This document shows, piece after piece, positions 18,160-26,248 of a DNA stretch of 64,000 nt. Position numbers and translations under genes: made by a program. Origin of the DNA: an uncultured Rhodospirillaceae bacterium (lineage in GTDB: Bacteria > Pseudomonadota > Alphaproteobacteria > UBA8366 > GCA-2717185). The stretch is from assembly GCA_964474755.1 (NCBI GenBank), contig CAYYUG010000010.1, forward strand, positions 12,407 through 76,406, written 5' to 3'. Below the pieces are notes generated by a model. It was given only the letters and a program-made list of their open reading frames with translations. It did no database searches and was not told the DNA's origin. Each line of letters starts with the position of its first letter. Position 1 is the first letter of the stretch.

Positions 18160-19983
18160 CTAAGCGCTTTCCTTCAGCCGAGAAGCCTTCTTGCGTTCGT
18201 GTGGATCCAGGTGGCGTTTGCGTAAGCGAATACTATCCGGTGTGACCTCGACTAACTCATCATCCTCAATATAGGCTATCGCCTGCTCCAGCGAGAGCTT
18301 GCGTGGCGGCGATAGCGTGACCGCATCATCTTTACCGGCGGCGCGAATGTTAGTGAGTTGTTTAGCCTTCAACGGGTTTACTTCGAGATCGTTACCGCGA
18401 CTGTTCTCGCCGATGATCATGCCGCCATAGACCGGCACGCCAGAGCCTATGAATAGGGTTGCTCGTGCCTCAAAACCCATCAATCCGTAGGCCACACTCT
18501 TGCCATTGCTGATCGAGACTAGCACCCCGTTGCGTCGCCCTTCGATGAGCCCAGCATAGGGACCGTATTCCCGATACAAACGATTGATGACGCCGGTGCC
18601 GCGGGTCTCTGTCAGGAAGTCGCCGTGATAACCGATTAATCCGCGCGAGGGTGCCACAATGCTGAGCCGCAGTTTGCCACCGCCGGATGGGCGCATCTCT
18701 TCAATCCTGCCGCGCCGTGCGGCGATGGATTCCATGACAGTGCCGGAAAAACCTTCATCTACGTCGATTACCACATCCTCATAAGGCTCGAGCGTAGCAC
18801 CACTTTTGGTGTCCTTGCGTGTCAGTACGCGCGGTCGGCTAATCGACAGCTCGAAGCCTTCTCGACGCATTGTCTCGATAAGTACGCCGAGCTGCAACTC
18901 ACCGCGGCCTGCGACCTCAAAGGCGTCAGCATCCTCTGTCTCAGTCACCTGAATCGCGACATTTCCTTCTGCTTCGGCAAGTAGCCGCGAGCGGATTAGC
19001 CTGGACGTGACCTTCTTTCCAGACTGACCAGCGAGCGGAGAGTCGTTGATCGAGAAGATCATCGCCAAGGTCGGAGGGTCAACTGGCTCGGCAGGTAGGC
19101 TGTCGCCGACCTCAAGATCGCATAGCGTATTGGATACAGTCGCTGTGCCGAAACCGGCTAGCGCAATTATGTCGCCGGCATGGGCCTCTTCGACCGGGGA
19201 GCGGGCGACACCATCGAAGCGCAGTACCTTGGTGATCCGCGTCTGGTCTACTTTGTTGCCGTCTCGGTCAAGCGCCTGCGCCGTCATATTCTGAGTGACC
19301 GTGCCCGCCTCTATGCGGCCGGTCAGTACACGTCCAAGGAAGGGGTCACTTTCAAGGGTGGTCGCAAGCATGCGGAACGGGCCTTGGCCGGTCACACTCG
19401 GTTCTGGCACGTGGTTGATTACTGTCTCGAACAGGATAGCCATATTGTCGGTTAGCTGCTCCGACTCTGCTGCCGCGCGCCCTTCCTTGGCTGAGGCGAA
19501 CAGAATTGGAAAATCGAGCTGTTCGTCACTGGCTTCCAGAGCTACGAACAGATCAAACACCTCGTCATGCACCTCGTCTGGCCGCGCGTCTAGCTTGTCC
19601 ACCTTGTTGACGACGACAATCGGCTTGAGGCCGAGCTTCAACGCCTTTGTAGTGACAAATTTGGTTTGGGGCATTGGCCCTTCCGAGGCATCGACAAGCA
19701 GCAGTACACCATCGACCATGCCCAGAATACGCTCCACCTCACCCCCGAAATCAGCATGGCCTGGTGTATCGACAATGTTGATGCGGGTTTCGCCCCAGGT
19801 GATGGAGGCGCATTTCGACAGGATGGTGATACCGCGCTCGCGCTCCTGGTCGTTCGAATCCATGATCCGTTCAACGACTTGTTGGTTTTCTCGGAAATGC
19901 CCGCTCTGTTGCAGCAGAGCGTCGACGAGCGTGGTTTTGCCATGGTCGACATGGGCGATGATGGCGATATTGCGGATTTCCAC
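18160..19983 (-). CDS. typA: translational GTPase TypA/BipA
   Basis: 607 aa. IRNIAIIAHVDHGKTTLVD, DTPGHADFGGEVER and NKVD G-motifs, with EF-G-like domains. Confidence 0.95.
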   Translation of the reverse strand: MEIRNIAIIAHVDHGKTTLVDALLQQSGHFRENQQVVERIMDSNDQERERGITILSKCASITWGETRINIVDTPGHADFGGEVERILGMVDGVLLLVDASEGPMPQTKFVTTKALKLGLKPIVVVNKVDKLDARPDEVHDEVFDLFVALEASDEQLDFPILFASAKEGRAAAESEQLTDNMAILFETVINHVPEPSVTGQGPFRMLATTLESDPFLGRVLTGRIEAGTVTQNMTAQALDRDGNKVDQTRITKVLRFDGVARSPVEEAHAGDIIALAGFGTATVSNTLCDLEVGDSLPAEPVDPPTLAMIFSINDSPLAGQSGKKVTSRLIRSRLLAEAEGNVAIQVTETEDADAFEVAGRGELQLGVLIETMRREGFELSISRPRVLTRKDTKSGATLEPYEDVVIDVDEGFSGTVMESIAARRGRIEEMRPSGGGKLRLSIVAPSRGLIGYHGDFLTETRGTGVINRLYREYGPYAGLIEGRRNGVLVSISNGKSVAYGLMGFEARATLFIGSGVPVYGGMIIGENSRGNDLEVNPLKAKQLTNIRAAGKDDAVTLSPPRKLSLEQAIAYIEDDELVEVTPDSIRLRKRHLDPHERKKASRLKESA

Positions 19984-20231
19984 GAAGGGTTCCTTGCACG
20001 AGTGAGTAAGGGGAGGGCGGCCGCTCCGCGTTGGCCGCCTTCTAATCGATTGGCTCAGGAAAATCCAGCCCCTGAAGGCGAAGTCGCCATTCGCAGGGGC
20101 TTATTGCTTTTCTATGAGGTGTCCGTACGCGTCCGTAACTCAGCTGCATAGAGCAGTTAATTCTGAAGTATTTATCATTATTAAGTTTTTTTTATGAATA
20201 AAAACAATGTTTTATAGAAAATATTGTCTCG

Positions 20232-20310
20232 AATTAACGATGTGTGAATGATTGGTGCATTATTGATGTAAGCAGTTTTAAATTAACGATAATTCTGATA
20301 TTGGTTCATT
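20232..20310 (+). repeat. two ~30-nt imperfect direct repeats upstream of the tRNA
   Basis: AATTAACGATGTGTGAATGATTGGTGCATT (20232-20261) and AATTAACGATAATTCTGATATTGGTTCATT (20281-20310) share 21 of 30 positions by my count. They lie in AT-rich DNA. Confidence 0.5.
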
Positions 20311-20316
20311 TCATAA

Positions 20317-20393
20317 GGGCCCGTAGCTCATCCGGATAGAGCGCGAGATTCCTAATCTCGAGGTAGCAGGTTCGAGTCCTGCCGGGCTCACCA
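20317..20393 (+). tRNA. tRNA-Arg (anticodon CCT)
   Basis: 77-nt cloverleaf folded by hand. Acceptor GGGCCCG/CGGGCTC (one G-U), D-arm GCTC/GAGC, anticodon stem CGAGA/TCTCG with loop TTCCTAA, T-arm GCAGG-TTCGAGT-CCTGC, discriminator A and an encoded CCA. Confidence 0.95.
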
Positions 20394-20617
20394 GTAATTA
20401 TCTCATATCAGCCTATAACGGCTTCTAGAGAGTGTTTTCAAACACATAGGCGCATTACCATCGGACCAATACTTTTATCTATTTAACAAATGGTTTGGAA
20501 TGCCTTGTCTGGACGTTTGGCAGGCATAACTGCCGAAAAAAATTGTAACTGGTAATCTTTTAAAGTTATTCCATGAGATGGTTTAGCGCGGAGTTTGCGA
20601 CTTACCCATTAATGATT

Positions 20618-20644
20618 GTTTGCTTATGGTTTGTCTAATGTTTG
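20618..20644 (+). repeat. three TGTTTG-type repeats phased at exactly 11 nt
   Basis: GTTTG occurs at 20618, 20629 and 20640 (contexts TTGTTTGC, GGTTTGTC, TGTTTGTG). Further copies are at 20593 and 20668. Confidence 0.55.
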
Positions 20645-20651
20645 TGGGTAA

Positions 20652-20679
20652 TTTCATAAACAATGTCGTTTGTTATAAT
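20652..20679 (+). promoter_or_regulatory. extended -10 promoter candidate for the downstream monooxygenase gene
   Basis: TGTTATAAT (20671-20679), that is TGn + a perfect TATAAT. A weak -35 TTTCAT lies at 20652-20657 with a 16-nt spacer. About 115 nt upstream of ATG 20795. Confidence 0.4.
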
Positions 20680-20794
20680 TTTAGTTGAGATGCGGATGGT
20701 GGGTTCCGACCAATAGAAACAACCTGCGCGGAATTTGGCGATGACCAAGACGAGCGCAGCAAATCAACTTTCGAAATTCACGGAGTTATTTTAC

Positions 20795-22150
20795 ATGTCC
20801 GACAGCACCGTCCGGAGCATGAACCTCGCGGTATTTCTCACATCGTGCGGGAACTATCACCATTTAGGATGGCGGCACCCAGAAGCTTGGGTGGATGGCA
20901 GCACCAACATCAAACGATGGGTAGAGATGGCGGGAATAGCGGAGCGTGCGAAACTCGATATGCTTTTTATCGCCGATCAGATTGCCATCGTGGGAGGTGA
21001 AGAACTATCTGCTATCGAGAATAGCTCTAAAGTAAATCGCTTCGAACCGATGACTTTGCTTTCTGCTCTCACTGCGCACACTCAAAACATCGGCCTTGCG
21101 GGTACGTGCGCTACCAGCTACTCCGAGCCGTATACCGTCGCGCGGATGTTTGCCTCACTCGACCATCTATCAGGGGGCCGCGCAGGTTGGAACTGTGTGA
21201 CTGGAGGTCAGAAGGAAGAGGCCCAGAATTTTAGTCTTGAACGCCACGCGGCCCATGCGGACCGCTACGAGCGAGCTAATGAATTTGCAAATGTGGTGAT
21301 GGGACTGTGGGATAGTTTTGAAGAAGATGCCTTGGTCTACAACAAAGAAAGCGGACGTTTTTTTGACGCTTCCAAAATTCATACTCTCAACCACCGGGGC
21401 AAATATTTCTCCGTGCGTGGTCCACTTAATGTATCGCGTTCGCCCCAAGGGTGGCCTGTAGTAATTCAGGCTGGCGGATCAGATGAGACAATTGAGATGG
21501 CGTCAAGAATCGCGGATGTTCTTTTCACAGCCCAGGCAGATTTTGATTCTGCGCGTGATTTTTACCATCGGGTAAAGACTGCTGTATGCGCGCGGGGACG
21601 ACCGGCGGACTCTATCCGTGTTATGCCCGGGCTCTCGGTGTTTGTCGCTCCTACGCGCGAGGAAGCGGAAGATAAGTTTGATGCACTTCATGACATGGTT
21701 GATGTGAAGGATGCGATTGAAGGACTCAGCCGTCTCCTAGGAGGGGTCGACCTTTCCGACTTTGATCCGGAAGCACCAATGCCAGCGTTAGAAGGCAATG
21801 ACCTTCGTAAGAGTGGACCAGGCACATTCGTGCGAATTGGACGCGAGAACAACTACACACTGGGACAAGTAGCGGTGCAAGCAAAGGCCGCTCGCAACCA
21901 CTGTCTTGTCATAGGCACAGTTGAAGAGGTCGCGGATCACATGGAGAACTGGTTTCTAAATGGTGCCGCAGACGGCTTTAATCTGTTACCCGCGATAGTT
22001 CCTGGCACCTTGACTGACTTCTGTAAATTAGTGGTGCCTGAGCTTCAATCACGAGGTCTATTTCGCTCTGAATACGAAGGCGTGACATTGAGGGGGAACA
22101 TGGGCCTCGGAGGCCCTCGGATGAGCGATCGCCACGATTGGGCTCCTTAA
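20795..22150 (+). CDS. luciferase-like (LLM) FMN-dependent monooxygenase, NtaA/SnaA/DszA subfamily
   Basis: MNLAVFLTSCGNYHHLGWRHPEAW... is the typical N-terminus of this subfamily. Start set at ATG 20795 with GGAG 9 nt upstream; the ORF-track TTG at 20735 is less likely. Confidence 0.85.
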   Translation: MSDSTVRSMNLAVFLTSCGNYHHLGWRHPEAWVDGSTNIKRWVEMAGIAERAKLDMLFIADQIAIVGGEELSAIENSSKVNRFEPMTLLSALTAHTQNIGLAGTCATSYSEPYTVARMFASLDHLSGGRAGWNCVTGGQKEEAQNFSLERHAAHADRYERANEFANVVMGLWDSFEEDALVYNKESGRFFDASKIHTLNHRGKYFSVRGPLNVSRSPQGWPVVIQAGGSDETIEMASRIADVLFTAQADFDSARDFYHRVKTAVCARGRPADSIRVMPGLSVFVAPTREEAEDKFDALHDMVDVKDAIEGLSRLLGGVDLSDFDPEAPMPALEGNDLRKSGPGTFVRIGRENNYTLGQVAVQAKAARNHCLVIGTVEEVADHMENWFLNGAADGFNLLPAIVPGTLTDFCKLVVPELQSRGLFRSEYEGVTLRGNMGLGGPRMSDRHDWAP

Positions 22151-22432
22151 ACTTATCTGAACAAAGAGCCGGTGTTGTCCCGGAGGTATTGTTAAAACCT
22201 GGCTAATTTCCAGAAAAATCTCTGCCTATCGGGGCAATAACAAATAACAATGCATTTCATACTTTTTTGCCAGAAGTACCTTTATATTCCTAACATTGGT
22301 ATTGAGGGTACTAGCTCTATTGGGCATGCCAGTATTTCTCATGATATTTCAGTTGCCGAGGTCCGTGTGGCGTAGCGAAGCTCGCAAGGCAATTATAAAG
22401 CCAACCCCTAAAACGATTTTCTCCGCGCCAGG

Positions 22433-24814
22433 TCAGGCCTTTGCCGCTCTGTCCATTGCTTCAAGGATGCGGCGCGGCGTGTACGGTGTTTCGTTGAATT
22501 CTGCGCCGGTCACGGCGAAGGCATCGCGCAGCGCGTTGCCAATCGCAGCCGGCGGGGCGATGGTACCGCCTTCACCCATGCCCTTGAGACCGTATCGGGT
22601 GAATTTGGCGGGCGTCACTATGTGGCCGATCTTGATGTCGGGAACCTCAGTCGCACCTGGCAGTAAATAATCGGCGAATGTTGTAGCCAGAGGCTGGCCG
22701 TTCTCGTCGAAGACGCTTTCCTCATAGAGAGCGGTGCCTATGCCCTGCGCGACGCCACCAACAATCTGACCGTCGACGATCATCGGATTGACCACGTTAC
22801 CGCAATCCTCAACCACCGCGTAGTCCATCAGTTCTGCTGCGCCGGTTTGGGGATCGACCGCGATCACGGCGGCGTGGGTGGCGTAGGAAAAGACCCCCGT
22901 CGACTCATTTGGTTCGTAGGTCGCCGTCGCGTCCAGTGCAGGGTCGATGCCGTCTGGTAGTGCTTCCTGACGCAAATGGGCAATACGGGCAAGCTCCGCG
23001 ATGGGGATCGATCCGGTGCCGCCCCGCGCTTCCCCATGGGCGAACCGCACCAGTTCGACTGTGCACTGCAGATGATGGGCGGCGATGACAGCCAGCTTCT
23101 CTCGCAAGATGATACAGGCGTTAGAGACAGCGCCACCGCTCATCACCATGGAGCGTGAGGCGAAAGTCCCAAAACCAAACGGAGACATTCCGGTATCGCC
23201 GAACTTCACCATGATATTGTCAGGGTGGATGCTCAATTCCTCATGTGCGACCTGAGACAGGGTTGTTTCTAACCCTTGGCCGTGAGAATGAATGCCGACC
23301 AGCAGAACGAGTGTGCCGTCCGGATTGATCCGAGCCGTGGCGCTTTCGTAACCAGGAATGATAGGTGAGCCACGCCGTGTCCATTCCGCCGCGCCATGTG
23401 CTGTCTGTTCGGTGTAACTGGAGAGACCCACCCCCCAGAACCGGCCGTCCTCCGCGAGGCCCTGCCGGGCGCGGATGCCCTCATAGTCAACCAGGCTCGC
23501 CGCGCGGCGCACGCTTTCCGGGTAATCGCCATTGTCGAATCGCATGCCTCCAACCGCTTCGTAGGGCATCTTGTCGGCAGGCACCATGTTGGCTATGCGA
23601 ACATCCAACGGATCACGGCCGACCGCACGGGCGACCTCGTCGATGGTGCGCTCGATGGCGAAGCAGGCTCCGGGCCGTGCAACACCGCGATATACGCCCA
23701 GGGGCGGCTTGTTGGTCGCAACAGTCCAGGTCCGGCATCGCATGTGCTCTATCCGATACGGTCCCGTCAGATTGCGCGCCGCCATTCCGGTTTCCATAAA
23801 AGGACCCGAGTGCCAAAGCGCGTAGGCGCCTGCGTTGACGGTCAGTTCCGCATCGATGCCCTGAATCAACCCATCGTGGTTGGCGTAGGCGGTTACCCGG
23901 TAGACATGTTCGCGCGCCTGTGGTGCAGCCATCAGATGTTCGCGCCGATCCTCGAGCCATCGGATTGGCTTACCGGTTTCTAGCGCGATAGCACAGACGA
24001 CGATCTCCTCCGGCATGAGCCGGGCCTTTCCGCCAAACCCGCCGCCCACATCGGGGGCAATGATACGCAGTTGATGGGTCGGAAGGTTCAGCATTTGCGA
24101 CAGTCCGGTGCGCATCAGATGCGGGATCTGCGTTGACAGATAGACCAGCAATTCACTGGCCCGCTCGTCCCAGTGCGCCAGAACCGCGCGAGGTTCCAGT
24201 GGCGAAGTAGACTGCCGGTTCATCCGATAGTCCCGCGTGACCACCACTGGCGCGTTGCGGACGCTGTCGATATCGCCACCGGCGATGTCCGCCTGAACGA
24301 AGACATTGTCGCCCCATTCGTCATGTACCAGGGCGGGTGGGTCGTCACGCGCTACCAAAGGGTCGGACAGGGCCGGCATTTCTTCTATATCGGCAATGAG
24401 CGCGTCGGTCAGGTCCTCTGCTTCGGCCCTGTTGGAACCAAGGCAGGCCGCGATGCATTCCCCTGCGTAGCGAACTTTTTCTGTGGCGAGCGCATGATGA
24501 TCGGCCGGCTTGAAACCCGGTACGGAAGGCTCCACGCGAACTGGGTTGATGCGGGTCAATCTTGCGGCCGTGTAGACCCGGTCTTCCTTTCCTTCGGGGA
24601 TTTCGATCCCCAGCAAGCGACCATGCGCATGAGCGCTGCGGAGGAAAGCGACATCCAATGTTCCCGGGATCGTCACATCGGCGACGTACAGGCCCTTGCC
24701 GCGCAGAAAACGTTGGTCCTCCTTGCGCGGCAACCGTGCGCCGACGCCTAATGCCGTATCCTTGGAGTTAGTCACCTGGCTGCTTACACGCCACCGGGCA
24801 GCACGTGTGCCCAT
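22433..24814 (-). CDS. xanthine dehydrogenase/CoxL-family molybdopterin-binding large subunit (B)
   Basis: PRKEDQRFLRGKG N-terminal motif, APDVGGGFGGK, VYRGVARP and a C-terminal GLKGMGEGG glutamate loop. ATG 24814 overlaps the ubiD-family gene by 31 nt. An alternative GTG at 24775 lies 8 nt after that gene's stop. Confidence 0.85.
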   Translation of the reverse strand: MGTRAARWRVSSQVTNSKDTALGVGARLPRKEDQRFLRGKGLYVADVTIPGTLDVAFLRSAHAHGRLLGIEIPEGKEDRVYTAARLTRINPVRVEPSVPGFKPADHHALATEKVRYAGECIAACLGSNRAEAEDLTDALIADIEEMPALSDPLVARDDPPALVHDEWGDNVFVQADIAGGDIDSVRNAPVVVTRDYRMNRQSTSPLEPRAVLAHWDERASELLVYLSTQIPHLMRTGLSQMLNLPTHQLRIIAPDVGGGFGGKARLMPEEIVVCAIALETGKPIRWLEDRREHLMAAPQAREHVYRVTAYANHDGLIQGIDAELTVNAGAYALWHSGPFMETGMAARNLTGPYRIEHMRCRTWTVATNKPPLGVYRGVARPGACFAIERTIDEVARAVGRDPLDVRIANMVPADKMPYEAVGGMRFDNGDYPESVRRAASLVDYEGIRARQGLAEDGRFWGVGLSSYTEQTAHGAAEWTRRGSPIIPGYESATARINPDGTLVLLVGIHSHGQGLETTLSQVAHEELSIHPDNIMVKFGDTGMSPFGFGTFASRSMVMSGGAVSNACIILREKLAVIAAHHLQCTVELVRFAHGEARGGTGSIPIAELARIAHLRQEALPDGIDPALDATATYEPNESTGVFSYATHAAVIAVDPQTGAAELMDYAVVEDCGNVVNPMIVDGQIVGGVAQGIGTALYEESVFDENGQPLATTFADYLLPGATEVPDIKIGHIVTPAKFTRYGLKGMGEGGTIAPPAAIGNALRDAFAVTGAEFNETPYTPRRILEAMDRAAKA

Positions 24815-26238
24815 TTTTCCCGGATGCGGTCATCAAGTTCCCGGCTGGAGCGAGCGACGGTGGGAAAATCATCCATGCGGTCCCACGGCCGGCAGGCATC
24901 AATGACGACGCGCGAATTGCGTTTGTCCGTATCGCTGTCATAGCACATCGGATCGAGCGAGGTGCTCCAGCAGCCATCGAGCCTTTCCAAATCTATACGC
25001 GGATCGAAGCGAGTGCACATCGCCCACAGAACGTCGTTAGTGTTGGTTGGATCGATATCGTCATCGACGACGACAACCCAGCGGTTGGTGTAGCCGCCGG
25101 CGTAGCATTGCGAAGCGATCAGACCAGCCTGCTTGGAATGGCCTCCATAGCGTTGTTTGATCGAAACAGTCAGCCACAACCGGCTGCCGCCTGCCTCGTG
25201 TGCGCATACGCCTTGAATATCAGGAATACCCGCCGCTTCCAGCTGGTTCCACACGGCACCGCTACGATAGCTGCCCAAATAATATGTGTTGTCGTTTGGC
25301 GGTACGGCGGGGATCACCCCCAGCAGGACGGGATCGTCGCGATGCATGAAAGTCTCGATCCGGATGGCAGGTTGCCGCCGTTTACCCCCGGCATAGTATC
25401 CCGTCCATTCGCCGAGTGGCCCCTCTTCGATGAGATCGTCCTTCATGATGAATCCTTCGAAGGCGATCTCCGCATTGGCCGGGACGGGGATGCCGGTGCG
25501 CGGCATTTCCAGGGTTCGCACAGGTTCTCCGAAGATACCGCCGACCGCGTCGTATTCGCTAACCCCTTGTGGGATTTCCAGACCGGCGATCATCAGCAGG
25601 GTAGGATGCATGCCGGCTACGACGGCGACCGGGCATGGCTCACCTCTGCTATGATACTTGTCCATAATCAGGCGGCCATGCCGGCCTGGCGACATCATTA
25701 CAGAGGCAGTCTTCGGCCCGTGGGTTTGCACCCTGTAGGCACCGTAATTCACCCAACCCGTGTCCGGGTCTTTCATCACCACCATGCATCCGGTGCCGAT
25801 GAACGGGCCGCCATCATGTTCGTGCCAGGTCGGCGTCGGGATCGAAGTGATGTCAATGGCATCGCCCTCGATCACGTTTTCATGCAACGCGCCTGTGGTC
25901 ACGACCTCCGGCGCGCATTTTGGCGCGTTTTTCATATAGTCTCGCCACCACAGCACTAAGTCGAGCTCCGAACCATCGGCCGGTAGTCCAAGCGCGATAT
26001 TAATCCGCGCGACGGATGTCAGGACGTTGGCGAGCACGCGATGGCCTGTCGGGAAGCCCGGCACTTCGTCGAACAGGATTGCTGGATTACCCATTTGCCG
26101 CTGATAGAGATCGAGGATCCCACCAATCTCTTCGGTCGTCTCGGCACCCGTGATTGTCTTCAGCGCCCCTTCCGCCTCCACTGCCTCCATCCAGTGTCGG
26201 AGATCCTGGTCCCAGTTGCGTCCTGAACTATCCGCCAT
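24784..26238 (-). CDS. UbiD-family (prenylated-FMN dependent) aromatic acid decarboxylase
   Basis: About 484 aa. It has a UbiD N-terminal region (NPAILFDEVPGFP), the EEGPLGEWTGYY catalytic-loop pattern and a VVVVDDDIDP motif. Start at ATG 26238, preceded by AGGAGA. Confidence 0.9.
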   Translation of the reverse strand: MADSSGRNWDQDLRHWMEAVEAEGALKTITGAETTEEIGGILDLYQRQMGNPAILFDEVPGFPTGHRVLANVLTSVARINIALGLPADGSELDLVLWWRDYMKNAPKCAPEVVTTGALHENVIEGDAIDITSIPTPTWHEHDGGPFIGTGCMVVMKDPDTGWVNYGAYRVQTHGPKTASVMMSPGRHGRLIMDKYHSRGEPCPVAVVAGMHPTLLMIAGLEIPQGVSEYDAVGGIFGEPVRTLEMPRTGIPVPANAEIAFEGFIMKDDLIEEGPLGEWTGYYAGGKRRQPAIRIETFMHRDDPVLLGVIPAVPPNDNTYYLGSYRSGAVWNQLEAAGIPDIQGVCAHEAGGSRLWLTVSIKQRYGGHSKQAGLIASQCYAGGYTNRWVVVVDDDIDPTNTNDVLWAMCTRFDPRIDLERLDGCWSTSLDPMCYDSDTDKRNSRVVIDACRPWDRMDDFPTVARSSRELDDRIREKWAHVLPGGV

Positions 26239-26248
26239 TTTGGATCTC

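Noticed and set aside
20394-20734. A classical tRNA-associated genomic island with an integrase and att repeats.
   Set aside because: There is no integrase or recombinase ORF adjacent to the tRNA or anywhere in the window. I found no second copy of the tRNA 3' end by eye. There is no obvious compositional shift in the downstream genes. It is kept only as a hypothesis in the findings.
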